Assembly: GCA_043228905.1 (NCBI GenBank)
Contig: JBHGNT010000009.1
Span: 14,198,001 to 14,262,000, forward strand
Length of the DNA: 64,000 bases
Source of the DNA: Azolla caroliniana
Taxonomy: Eukaryota > Plantae > Polypodiophyta
Direction: 5' to 3'
Part shown: in pieces, positions 12,260 to 24,823 of the stretch
Layout of the letters: each line of letters opens with the position of its first letter
Position numbering within the stretch: position 1 is the first letter of the stretch
Notes under the pieces: model-generated
Told to the model about the DNA's origin: nothing
The model's input: the letters and a program-made list of their open reading frames with translations, nothing else
Database searches by the model: none
Position numbers and translations under genes: made by a program

Positions 12260-12698
12260 TGTCATGGCAAGACTCGAACCCATGACTTTATGCTACATGG
12301 GTCGAGCTCTTACCATTAGATTATGAATTGTATTTTGTAGAATATTATTTTCATTTATACTTTATCATAGAAAATTGATGTATATTCCAGATCTCTCTGG
12401 AACATTCTAGAAGCTTCAGGATTATTCCTAAAAACACTATAAAAGGAGGCACAAGGCATTGTTTTGAACCAAATTGGTTCAACGCCAGTCTTAAGCCTCT
12501 TAGCCGCTTGTACTTATCTTTTCACATAATATATAACCGCTGTCATCATCTCTCTCTCTCTCTCATTCTCGCTATCTCTCTCTCTCTCCTCTTCTCACTT
12601 CCTCTCTCGGGAATCTTACGCAGTCCCGTCCTCTTAGTACTAATAGTACTGCTGTTCTTAGTACTAATTCCATCTCTGTTTTAGTACTATTCCTGACA
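12260..12698 (+). repeat. 5' LTR of chromovirus
   Basis: TGTCA...TGACA; TATAAAA at 12438. Confidence 0.96.
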
Positions 12699-12767
12699 GT
12701 TTGAACCAATTTCTTCCTCTAGCCTACTTGTCACTCTCCCTCATCCTCCTACCCTTTTCCCTATACT

Positions 12768-13925
12768 ATGGCTACTGTTAGCGCCCAAGAATACCAATCC
12801 GTTTTCTCCGAGCTACAGTGCCTAAAAGAAAAGTTTGTTGCCCTGGAACAAGAAAACCAACGGCTGATAGGGGATCTGCAACAAATCGCTCTGGAAAAAC
12901 AACAAACGCAACAACAACATGGGGAGTTAGCATTACGGGTACAACAACTCGAAGCAGCGTTGCAACAACAAGGATCCAGTCCCCAAGGATTTCATAAAGA
13001 GCCCAAGATTGGACTTCCTGTGAAATTTGATGGAACGCGTTCGCAATTCCGGGGATTCCTTAATCAGGTACGCTTAGTCATCCAGATGCATCCTTCCCGA
13101 TATCCCACTGATGCATCTCGAGTCGGCCTAATAGGCACGCTACTTAGCGGCTCAGCCTTGGCATGGTTTGCTCCGCTTCTAGAAAAACAATCGCCCTTAC
13201 TTAATAACTTTGAAGATTTTATTGGTGAGTTTAAAGCCTGCTTTGGAGACACCGACAGCATCAGGACGACGATCAACAAGATCCGGCGATTGCGTCAAGG
13301 CGATCGTCCAGCCTCTGCCTACGCGGCGGATTTCCGCCTACTTGCTTCAGATATACCCTGGGATGATCAAGCACTAATGGAGCAGTTTCGCTATGGCTTG
13401 CGAAACGATGTCAAAGATCTACTTCTAACTTTCCCCGAAGAACCAATGTCTCTTACGGAGGCAATCAGTTGAGCAGTTCGATGTGACAACCGCCTTTTTG
13501 AACGGCGTTCAGAACGTCAATTACAGATACCACGCTCTAGGCCAGAGCCCACTTACGCCGCAGTCGCGGCTAAACCGTTTGCACGAGACATACCTCAAGC
13601 AAATACTTTGACACCGATGGAGATCGATACCATGCGTCGACGCGGCCCGTTATCGGAAGAAGAAAAGCAACGACGATGTGCCAATCGATTATGTCTTTAT
13701 TGCGGTGGACCAGGACATATCGCCATCAATTGTCCCCATAGGCCAAGAAGACAGGTAAATCAAATCGTCGCCTGTACTAAACCCGAGTCAATTCTTCCCT
13801 TTGGAGTGTCTGATAGTATTAATAGTACTAATAGAGTGTCAGATAGTATTCATAGTACTAATAGCCCAAGTATCTCAAATAAATTTGAAATCCTTAGTCA
13901 ATTAGATGAAGAGTTAAACGATTGA
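12768..13925 (+). pseudogene. chromovirus gag with one premature stop at 13470
   Basis: PVKFDGTRSQFRGF, LRQGDRPASAYAADF, CLYCGGPGHIAINC knuckle. Confidence 0.9.
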
Positions 13926-16900
13926 GTCCAGCCAAAATAGGAGCCATTTGGTTGGACAGCAGCCCTAGATCTGTACAGCCCATTAGTGGTTCCATTCCTT
14001 CCAAGCAAGTTAGCAATGTGTTCCTAGCCCAAGTCATTGTTAGTACTAAAAGTACTCCCCCAGTACCCGTCCTAGCACTTTTAGATTCCGGAGCTAATTC
14101 CTGTTTCATGGATCGAAATTTTGCCCAAGCTTCTCAGATATCCTTAAGAAAACTTCCTTGTCCCGCATCTGTAGTGGTCATTGATGGTCGTCCCATTGCT
14201 TCCGGGAATATTGTAGAAGAATCAAAACCCATTCAAGTTGTCCTAGGTAGTTTTGTGTGTATAATATCATTTAATATAATTAGTAGTCCAGAGCATCCCA
14301 TTGTCCTAGGATTACCTTGGCTTGAATTACATAATCCAGCCATAGATTGGAGAACAAGAGAAGTCCAATATCGACCACCCCAAGAATCAACTCACCGAGT
14401 TTCGACCATTTCACTCCATCAACTACGCGAAGAAGGACCCAAGGAGGCAATGTTCCTATTTGCCATATCAGTACATCCTTCTAGCACTATTAAGAAGGAC
14501 TCCTCAATACAACTTCCGGCAAAATATCATCCTTATGCCGATGTATTTGACAAGGTAAAAGCCGGTACCCTTCCTCATCACCGTCCCTATGACTGTCCCA
14601 TCGATTTACAACCAGGAACCGAGCCACCATGGGGACCAATTTACAACTTGTCACCCACCGAGTTAGAAGTCCTTCGAGCCTACATAGAGGAGAACTTGGC
14701 AAGCGGGTTCATCCGTCATTCGAAATCTCTGGCCGGTGCACCCATCTTCTTTGTCAAGAAGAAAGATGGCTCACTTCGTCTTGTCGTTGATTACCGCGGA
14801 TTGAATAAAGTCACCATCCGGAATAGGTATGCACTTCCTCTTATATCAAGTCTTTTAGAGCGAGTTAATGGTGCCAAGTTTTTTACTAAAATCGACCTAC
14901 GAGGAGCGTATAATCTCGTGCGGATCCGACCGGGAGATGAGTGGAAGACCGCTTTTCGCACGCGGTATGGGCATTTCGAGTATACTGTTATGCCGTTTGG
15001 CCTAACCAATGCACCCGCAGTCTTCCAACACATGGCAAATGATATATTTAGAGACCTCTTGGATATCTGTTTGATCATTTATCTGGATGATTTGTTGATT
15101 TATTCGAAGACCCAGGAAGAGCACGATTCTCATGTACTATTAGTACTAAAGAGACTCCGCGAGAATGGTCTTTATGCCAAGCTAGAGAAATGTAGCTTTG
15201 ACTGCAAGCAAGTGGAATTTCTAGGCTACGTCATCTCCTCAAAGGGCATCGCCATGGATCCAGCTAAAATCCAAACTGTACTTGAGTGGCAAATTCCACG
15301 GTCGGTACGAGATGTACAATGCTTTCTAGGCTTTGCTAACTTCTACCGTAAGTTTATACAGGATTACTCGAAGATTATTTTACCTCTCACACAACTTACG
15401 AAGAAGGGCCAAGCATTTCTTTGGTCCATCGAAGCAGATATGGCTTTTCGGCATCTTAAGAAAGCCTTTACATCAGCACCGATTCTAGCTCATGTGGATA
15501 CAAGCAAACCATTCATCATGGAGGCCGACGCATCAGATTTCGCCCTTGGTAGCATCCTTTCTCAACAAGGCGATAAAGAAGAGTTGCATCCGGTGGCTTT
15601 CCATTCGCGCAAATTCAATGTCGCAGAAATCAACTACGAAATACATGACAAGGAGTTATTAGCCATCGTGGATTCATTTGTACAATGGCGGCATTTCTTA
15701 GAGGGCTCTCCACATCAGGTCATTGTCTTTAGCGATCATAAAAATCTTGCTTATTTTCAGAACGCTCGCGTACTAAATCGACGACAAGCTCGGTGGGCGC
15801 AATTCCTCACGCGTTTCAACTTCGAAATCACATATCGACCGGGGAAGCAGCAAGGAAAAGCAGATGCACTATCACGGCGTTCATATCTTGCACCTCGTCC
15901 TGGTGACGCAACATTTGATAATCAAAAGCAAGTAATCTTGGGACCAACACGATTGCACACGACGCGGATTTTTCACACCCCGATGGATTCACGGATTACC
16001 GATGACATACGTGCAACCTTGAAGACGGATAGTTTTGCTCAAGACATCCTGGCGCACATTGATACTTCTCGGGCATCCTGTTCTCAGTCTCATCAACCAG
16101 GTATTGACTACCGACAATTCGAATATCATGATGGTTTGTTATTCTTTAAAAAGCGCGTATATGTCCCCGATTGCTCCTGTCGCCTTCAAATCGTCCAACA
16201 TTGTCACGACACCCATACGGCGGGACATTTCGGTAGTACCAAGACGTTGGAGTTAGTGCAGCGATCTTTTTGGTGGCCCCACATGCGCCGTTTTGTCGAC
16301 GACTACGTTCGGACCTGTGATGCTTGCTACCGAGCAAAGATGCCACGACACCATCCATATGGCTTGTTGGAACCTTTACCAATTCCAAGTAAGCCATGAC
16401 AGTCTATTTGTCTTGATTTTATCACAGATCTGCCGGTCTCGAAGGGGTTCGATGCTATCCTAACCGTCGTCGATCGATATACGAAGATGGCACATTTTGT
16501 GCCATGTACTAAAGCCATCACTAGCGAGGAAACCGCCGCTCTTGTTATGCGTGAGGTATTTCGGCATCATGGCCTACCAGACAGTATTATCAGTGACCGA
16601 GGCCCGCAATTTGTCTCCAAATTTTGGCAGCATCTCTTCAGGATGCTCAAGGTCTCCTGCAACCTCTCCTCCGGCTACCATCCTCAAACTGACGGACAAG
16701 CGGAACGAACAAACCAAACGTTGGAGCAATATCTCCGGTGTTTCCTGAGTTATCAACAGGACAATTGGGCTGAGATTCTCCACTTTGCGGAGTTTGCATA
16801 TAATAATGCTATTCACTCCTCGACTCGGGTCTCCCCATTTCTCGCTTATACCGGTTTCCATCCTCGCTGGTCGGTGATCGACACTCCGGAGCTACCTACC

Positions 16901-17494
16901 AACCCTCGTGCCGAGGACCATTTGGAGAGGCTACGCAAGATCCAGATGGATCTCTCTACTCACCTTCGTCATACTCAACACACACAGAAGACTTATGCGG
17001 ATCGTCATCGGATTCCCTCCTCTTTTGCCATCGGAGATCGAGTATGGCTCTTACGTCGTCACATCAAGACTACTCGACCGTGCGACAAGTTGGATTATCG
17101 ACGACTCGGTCCTTTCCGTATTACGGGGAAGATTAATGATGTCACCTTCCGCCTGGATCTCCCTCCGCAGCTTCAGATACATCCGGTTTTCCATTGTTCT
17201 CTTCTTGAACCTTATAAAGCAAACACCATTCCCGATCGTGTGACACCACCGCCGCCCCCGCTGGAGTTGGACGCCGGCCCGGAGTATGAAGTTGCTGCCA
17301 TCCTCGATTCCAAACTTGTTCGCAACAAACTTTATTACTTGGTCGATTGGCTCGGTTATAGTCCGAGCGAACGTACTTGGGAACCCGTCGAGAATGTTGC
17401 CAATGCACAAGATCTTCTTGCTGATTTCCACCGAAAGTATCCGGACAAACCCGGTCCGCAATTAGCGCCGACTCGTTCCACTCGTCGTCTTTAA
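13922..17494 (+). pseudogene. chromovirus pol (PR-RT-RH-INT-chromodomain) with one premature stop at 16397
   Basis: LLDSGA, YLDDLL, ADASD, HHCC-like region, SDRGPQF, GPF motif, YEVAAILDS...YLVDWLGY...TWEP chromodomain. Confidence 0.95.
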
Positions 17495-17505
17495 GGGGGA
17501 GATAG

Positions 17506-17944
17506 TGTCATGGCAAGACTCGAACCCATGACTTTATGCTACATGGGTCGAGCTCTTACCATTAGATTATGAATTGTATTTTGTAGGATATTATTTTCAT
17601 TTATACTTTATCATAGAAAATTGATGTATATTCCAGATCTCTATGGAACATTCTAGAAGCTTCAGGATTATTCCTAAAAACACTATAAAAGGAGGCACAA
17701 GGCATTGTTTTGAACCAAATTGGTTCAACGCCAGTCTTAAGCCTCTTAGCCACTTGTACTTATCTTTTCACATAATATATAACCGCTGTCATCATCTCTC
17801 TCTCTCTCTCATTCTCGCTATCTCTCTCTCTCTCCTCTTCTCACTTCCTCTCTCGGGAATCTTACGCAGTCCCGTCCTCTTAGTACTAATAGTACTGCTG
17901 TTCTTAGTACTAATTCCATCTCTGTTTTAGTACTATTCCTGACA
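17506..17944 (+). repeat. 3' LTR of chromovirus
   Basis: Direct repeat of 12260-12698 followed by GATAT. Confidence 0.96.
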
Positions 17945-18758
17945 GATATGGATGATGAATATGATAGACTATAGTGCATAGGCTCTTAAATTTAAAAGTG
18001 TTAATTAGAATTTAGAACTTAGAATTTAGAAATTAGAATCTAATGGTTTATAAACTCTTTAGTTAACTTTTCTTATGCCCATGTGATTTTAAATGCCTTT
18101 TGTATTTCTATTAATGAGTGATTGTTGTTTTTTTAGTGAATTAATTCATTTTTATTATGTAAATTTATTTAAAAAAACGAATGGTTTTCTAATATTCTTG
18201 GGGCCATTTTCTATTCTTGAATATTGAGAAAATGGAGAATGGAGAATATGGCGAATATGACGCATGTGTCAATCTATGATAGTGACTAAACATGAATATA
18301 TTATATTTTTACAAATATGTATTACCATATGTAAATATGTACATAAATACAATACCTACTACATATATAAATACATGCATGCATATCTAGATATATATAA
18401 ATGCATACATTCTACATACATATCAGAATAAGCCATATATATTGACATACATATATACATAATACACACATTAAAATTACATATTACATATATACATACA
18501 CATTCTTACAAACTATTTTATATACTACATATTACACACATATATTATTATACACACAAATCACAATTATATACAAAAACATGTTGTGGTGTGCATGTGT
18601 GCATTTCACAATACATATATATACATACCAAACACAAAAAATTTACATACATAAGTAAAGTACATATTATATATACACATACACATAAATATAGAAGATT
18701 ACATATTATATTTAATACAAATCTACATCTATTATATTATATTTAATACAAATCTAGA

Positions 18759-18914
18759 AATGGTGGATAGTGGTTGTGGTTGTGTCGGTGGCTATAATGA
18801 TACCAATGGTGGTGGAAATGGTGGCTATGGTGGTAGCAATCACAGTGGTGGTTATAGTGGGGTAATAAAAGGTATTCAAGCGGTGGCTCGGATTCACAAA
18901 ATTGGAGGAAGTAA
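18759..18914 (+). pseudogene. 3' fragment (Gly-rich tail) of glycine-rich RNA-binding protein retrocopy
   Basis: GGGNGGYGG...NWRK*; matches 46395-46550 on the minus strand. Confidence 0.7.
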
Positions 18915-21900
18915 ACAAAATGAAAACTTTACAAACTTTTGTTTATAAATTGATAGAGAGAGAGATAGAGAGAGAGAGAGCGCGCCATGAGCATGATGAC
19001 CTCCTCTTTGAAGTAGTCCTCTAGCGAGCAATGATGTGCAAGACGAGCTACAAGAAGGTGCGAGAGTTTTTTGTTTTTTACATTGGTTTCTCCATTGTTC
19101 TCTATATAATCCTGAAATGCTTAGGATTGCTAATTTTGTAAACAAAACATTGATTTTAAGAATTATTTGGTTTTCTTTTCTGAATTGATTTTTATAATCT
19201 TGCATCTTGAAATTGTACTATAACAGCTTTTGCTTTTGCTGAAATTTTATTGTTCTTTTTATTGTTTCTTTTTACTTAACTTTGATTTCTGTATAGCCTT
19301 GTATATATTATTATGTTAATTATGTATTAAAAACTTTTGTCTATGAATTTACTTTTGCAAGGATACCCAAAAAAGCAAATCATTTGGAGGGTCTTATGGA
19401 AATATTGTCACTTGATCTATGATAAATCAAGTGTTTGTGGTGAAGAGGGGAGGAGGAGGATGTAGGAAATAATGATGCCGAAAACATGAGGGAAGGTGAC
19501 ATTGCAAACATGAAGGTGCTTAGTTTAGTACCATATCAAATTAAAACTATGTTTGTATGAGTATGTGTATGCATGTGTGCATGTGTGCATGCGTATTTGC
19601 ACATGCATGTGCATGGTTGTGTTTGTATGCATGTATGAATGCATGCACACATGCGTTTACAACATTTTCTTGCATACTTTTTTTGCCATGTTACTTTGTG
19701 TATTTGCTATTGTCATTTCACATGAAAGATGAACTCTTTCGGTCTTGAGAAACCTCATGTAGCTTCAAGAAGCGATTGACAATAGAGGCGAGATATTCCA
19801 GTGATAATCGAACAAGAGTTTGTTGTGATTTGTGCAAGCTTTCGTGCGAATGCAAGATCGAATCCACATCTACCATGCTCTAAAAAAGAAAGAAGGTGGA
19901 CCAATACAACTTCTAAAGAGCTTATGCCATACCATTTGAATCTCAACTGACCAACACTGAGGTGCACATAAAAAACACTTAATTTATTTTGTGATATCTT
20001 TGTTGGAAAGGCTGTAGATCTTGTTGATATGTGTTATATTAATGATACTCTTAATCTGCTGACCCAAACATGAAGTTCCATTCTCTTGTTTCGTTTCCAA
20101 ATTTCTTTGTTATTCAAGGTGGCACGATAGGATAGGAACAATGGAAGAGATTGAAGCATGTGTATATTTGGGCAAGAAATGACATATATGACTGTCTTGA
20201 CCTTGAATAGCTCTTGCAATGTTGGAGTTTACTTTGAAACTATATGGAAGTAGGCTTTGTTAATTCAAGCTTCCGGAATTGATGGCTTGGAGAAAAGGGA
20301 GGTAATCGAGGCAAATATAGTAACAGGAAAACCACAAGGCATGCATCCATACACTATTATAAATATATATACATACATAGTTATGGGTTGCATATTATAT
20401 TATGGACCACATAAGTTGATGTTATTGTGCACGGGATCACTTAGGAGGTGAAGGTATAATGATTGATGCTTCTTGATTATTACGCTACATCTTTTGTTTG
20501 TTGCAGATTATATTATGGACAAAAAAGTTGAACTTATTGTGCATGGGATCAAGATTGTAGCATTACTTAAGAGGAGAAGGTATAATGATTCATGCTTCTT
20601 GATTATTACTCTACATCTTTTGTTTGCAACTATCATTTTGATCATGTTATTTCATTCGCACAACATATTAACCTTTGGTTTCTTATTGTTATTGTATAGG
20701 TTTTCAACTTATTGAATGATGGTGCTCGACAAAGAAGTAAAATAACGTATTTTTTGTGTGTAGGTTTGCAAATGTCAAATTTGATAAGGACTATGATAAA
20801 GGGCATGTACATGAAGCTTGTTCATATAAATTACATTGATGATAACCCAACACTACTTTTCTTGCAAATTTCAAATTAAATGTTCTTGATGTAAAGCTTT
20901 GTGGGTTCCAAAGCCTAATTACTTTGTTTTTGTTGCAGAGAGATTAATGGATATGGCTGTGAGAGAGAATATGTTTTATAGATTAAAAGTGTTGTGTGTG
21001 AGTGATTGCATTGTAACAAGTTAGGGACTCAAATGCTCAAATTTTCTTAGCGAAAAACTCAGTGTGTGTTTGTTCTAGCATTGCAACATTTTTATCCAAT
21101 GAAGTTCTTGCTCAAGTTGAATGTTGTGAATGATTCTTGAACATCTCATAACATAGTATTCTTGTTATATATATGCTCTTTTAGATCTATTGTTTTTCAC
21201 TTCCATGAAGCCACAATATATGCATTGTTACATAGGCATGTCAGAGAAGATGGCATGGAATGAAGACAACCTTTCATGCTTAGTGATTAGATGGCAATCC
21301 TTCTTCGAAGATGGTTTGAAGACACATATGCTCCACATCAACATACATGCAAACAAACAAACATACATCGATACATACAAACACATTTTTTTAAAAAGAA
21401 ATAAAGAGAAGAATTTTTTTTATCAAAAAAAGTGAAAACAAAATTTACTCTTTTCAAAAGGTGTTGCACAATGATGGTATATGTGTAGTGCCAATAGCAA
21501 TGTGTTTTGGCATCACTACTAGCTTATTTTGTTGTAGTGACATGTATAATACACGTTCACACATGCACACACATACACAAACATACTACATACACACACA
21601 CACACACACCCATATATCATTACACTTACATACACACACATGCACATATAATACATAGATACATACACACATGCCATATACATAAAATATATACAACACA
21701 TGCAATACAATACAATACATACATATATAAACATGGAATACAATACACTACATATGTACATTCACATGCAATACAATACATACATGTGAACATACATACA
21801 CATAACCCATACATAAAATATATACAACACATGCAATACAATACAATATATACATACACACATATATTGAACATACATGTGTTTTCTATGTAAGGGCATT

Positions 21901-22069
21901 TAAAATGAGTTGTTGTCAAAATATATATTTGCACTAAGCGGTATTTTTATTAATTGTTTTTTTACAAAAGGGTCTCTAAAATAATAAAAAAACATACGTA
22001 TAAGGGGATTATAAAAGATGTCGTGAATGCACGTGATACAACCTCTTTATATATAGTGGAGCCCCCGGG
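18759..22069 (+). repeat. 3.3-kb segment present in inverted orientation at 43179-46545
   Basis: Mirror-image identical ORF translations (e.g. MLIQASGIDGLEK, MIITLHLLFVADY, MFFTSMKPQY) and matching termini. Confidence 0.95.
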
Positions 22070-22460
22070 AGGGCCTAAAAATGGAAGACGAGTTGGAGAC
22101 TACCAACTCGGACAAGAGCTAGAACGAATCAGAGACAACTGATTCGGTTCAATTGATGGATTTGGAAGAGCTGGATCTACTAAAGGCCAAGCGGACACGA
22201 ACGCAACGGAAGTTGACACCAACACGGAGGAGCCGACGGGTCGACAAGCACCAAAGTCGTAGTAGCGAGGGAGCTGATATAGGCCTGTTGAGCAGACAAG
22301 CCGATCGAGAAGGTCAAGGTGCGCGGAACCGGACGGGTCGCATGAAGCGGAACCGGACCGGGTGAGGAGCGCGAGCAAGGCGGGAGGATGCCAGAAGGAA
22401 GAACTAAGTACCATAGAAACTGACACCACGATCCGACCTCAAGTTGAGCCTGAGGGGGAG

Positions 22461-22846
22461 AGTTGAGCAAGCAAGCTCAACCGAATCCGGATCGGTGTCC
22501 GGATGATATCCAGAACTAGGAGCTGGATCGGATTGAAACTGGTAGGCCGTTAGAGGCCTAAGGATCCAGCCTAGTACGTAAGCATATCTTCGGGAGTTAG
22601 TGTCAGTCGCTCGTATGAGCATTGAAGTACCGGTCAGTACTTCTGTCAGTCCTTTATGGACTTGTATAAAAGTGCTCCCTATGTATAGAATATTGAGAGT
22701 ATTTTTTTAATAGAGTTTATGTTCTGCTCCCTCTTTGTCTCTTCCGCGCATATGCTCTATGTTAAGCTTCCATTGAACCTTCCTCTCTAACTGTTGCTAT
22801 CCGGTAGAGCCGGTTTGTAATACACTTCCGAATGTTCACATTTACA
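22461..22846 (+). repeat. 3' LTR of copia A
   Basis: Follows the PPT; homologous to 812-1221 with small deletions. Confidence 0.92.
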
Positions 22847-23097
22847 TGAAGAAATTAATGAATTGAAATATGTCTATTAAGATTGTAGATAACGGTTTCA
22901 AGGGGTTTGTCATATTATCTTGGACAATCATCACATAGGCATAGAGTCAATTTACCTTTGGTGGAAAAGTTCAAGTAAGAAAAAAGCTTTTGTGTCTTAG
23001 TTTTGCAATTAAACTATATAAATTTCCATTAATCGGAGAATGTACAAACTCAATTGAGGAAATTAAATTTTGACGGAAGTGTTAATGCTTTTAGTTC

Positions 23098-24392
23098 TGT
23101 TGGGATAAAAGTCCCACTTTACCCACTTTGTATCTCTAGTGTGAACACAATTAACCTAACTATTTAAGTAGCTAACTGTTCTTGTAAAAGGAGTTTGGTG
23201 GTAAATGTAAAGTAGTGTCTCTTTGAGTAAACGTCTCTCTTTCTCTTTGTGTGTAACTATCTATTTCATCTTCTTGAATCCTGTCACAGTGCACATCGCT
23301 TTCTTGCTTGCTACTTATGTTGTTTGCTAGACTCACTGATAGGTCCTCAACCTTATTCCGCAACATCAAGTTCCATATTCAACATTTGGTATCAGAGTGA
23401 TTTGCAGTCTGACAACAACAATAACATAAATTTGAAAAGAGAAAACCGGCTGAAGGAAAGAACTAGGTTAGAAAATCTCTCACTTCCCACAAAATGTTAG
23501 GAAACAGGTCCCTCTGAATGGGAAGAGCACGAGCCGGATTGGAGACCGAAGAACAAGAACACGATGGGAAGAGTTGCCAACGCTGGATGAAGATCCATGA
23601 GGGCCGGATCGGTTGGGTCTAGAGATGTATCCGGAAGAGAACATATTTGTAAATATGTTTTTGATATGCCTAAGCCAAGCCATATTTGTAAACAACCCAT
23701 AATATGTATTAGTATAAATATATCTAGGGAAAATCATGATGAAAAGTAGAAGATATTGTAACTAGGAATGTTCAAGCTAACTGGCTCCAACTTTTCAATG
23801 TGGAAATCGAAGATGATGGATGGATATGTTGGTGTTTAGAGACCTCTGGCTGTCAGTGTAGTTCGAAGATGATAAGCCAGAAAAAATCGATGCATCAACC
23901 TGGGAGGTTATGTCTCTGAAGACAACAACTTACATCAGATGTTTTATAGGCAAGAGTCTATATAACAATTTTAATGTAGAGGCAGATGTCCCGTGGAAGA
24001 AGATCGGCGTCATGTTTGAGAACAAAAATGTTGTTAACAGAGTCTCAGTATTCCGTAAGATTGTGAGACTGAGGTACCATGATGGTTCAAGCATGGCAGA
24101 GCACCTGCATGGCTTCCAAGGATTGATAAACTAAACCACCTCTCTAGAAGTACCTCTTCCCAATGAGGTATTAGCATTGCTGTTGTTGGGATCCCTTCTG
24201 AACAGATCGGAGATGCTCGTTGTCACATTGGGCTACGCCGGACCGAAAGGGAAGCATCTATCCCTAGAGAAGGTGAAGTCGAGCTTATTAAATCAGGAAG
24301 CCTGCTGGAAGGACAAAGATTCCGTTACCGACCCGAAGGCCTTAGTCACAGAAGGTGACACGAACAAGGGAAGAGGCTGGTAGAGAAGTCCG
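23098..24392 (+). mobile_element. Truncated Tnt1-like copia (5' LTR 23098-23384, PBS, degenerate gag)
   Basis: TGTTGG...TCAACA, TGGTATCAGAG at 23387, gag remnants FKLTGSNFSMWKSKM, GSSMAEHL, LLLGSL. Confidence 0.8.
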
Positions 24393-24823
24393 TGTTGAGA
24401 AATTGTTGTGGAATTTAAATCACAATAAACGAACTACGTGCTGAAATACGAATCACAAGAATACACCGGAAAGACAAGATAAATAGATGTACACAGAGAT
24501 TTACGTGGAAACCCTAAAATGGGGAAAACCACGGGTGAACAGATTTCTTCACTATACAAAGTGGATATACAACACCGAGAGGAATACAACACTCTTTCGA
24601 GTGTATCAGCCGTATAGGGCTCTTCGCGTCAGCTGTTACTCACACAGCTATGGCGCGACTCTCCCTTCTCTCTCACTCTCTGTTCGTCTCACTCACAACT
24701 TCTGTTTCTTACAGTTAAAGTTTGCCCTAGTTGCATATATACTAACACAACTTTTCTGGCTATTTACATACCTAGCCCTCATGGAGCGCACATTTAGACT
24801 ATTTACAAATATAGTCTCCCGAG
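24393..24823 (-). repeat. Partial copia-type LTR in reverse orientation
   Basis: Starts TGTTGAG at the gag break; contains ACACAGAGATTTACGTGGAAACCC, a motif I associate with antisense Tnt1/Tork LTRs. Confidence 0.55.

Larger units (their letters stand above)
12260..17944 (+). mobile_element. Ty3/gypsy chromovirus (Tcn1/Tf1-like), full length and young
   Basis: 439-bp LTRs at 12260-12698 and 17506-17944 (about 3 differences by eye), TSD GATAT, PPT AAGGGGGAGATAG, gag-PR-RT-RH-INT-chromodomain. Confidence 0.96.
9548..18278 (+). mobile_element. hAT DNA transposon
   Basis: Perfect 12-bp TIR CATAGATTGACA/TGTCAATCTATG, perfect 8-bp TSD ATAGTGAC (9540-9547, 18279-18286), internal transposase. Confidence 0.95.
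9189..22069. mobile_element. Non-autonomous TIR DNA transposon with CCCGGGGG termini, copy 1 (superfamily unassigned)
   Basis: TIR CCCGGGGGCTTCACT / AGTGGAGCCCCCGGG (14/15); 8-bp TSD AGGGTCTA (9181-9188) / AGGGCCTA (22070-22077); copia sequence resumes after it. Confidence 0.85.
812..22846 (+). mobile_element. Ty1/copia LTR retrotransposon A (degenerate, with nested insertions)
   Basis: LTRs 812-1221 and 22461-22846, tRNA-iMet PBS TGGTATCAGAGC at 1222, PPT GAGGGGGAG at 22452-22460, flanks TGACG/TGAAG (4/5 TSD match), gag-PR-INT-RT-RH order. Confidence 0.93.

Noticed and set aside
19360-21000. Possible degenerate exons or transposase inside the CCCGGGGG element
   Set aside because: Some AG/GT-bounded coding-like patches exist, but I could not reconstruct any recognisable protein.
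21461-21934. His/Thr- and Cys/Val-rich ORFs (also 4495-4858, 5311-5593, 19557-19748, 43354-43854)
   Set aside because: These are translations of CA/TA/GA microsatellite-like sequence.
9189-22069. Outer element as an autonomous hAT
   Set aside because: The transposase lies within a separate inner element with its own TIR and perfect TSD.
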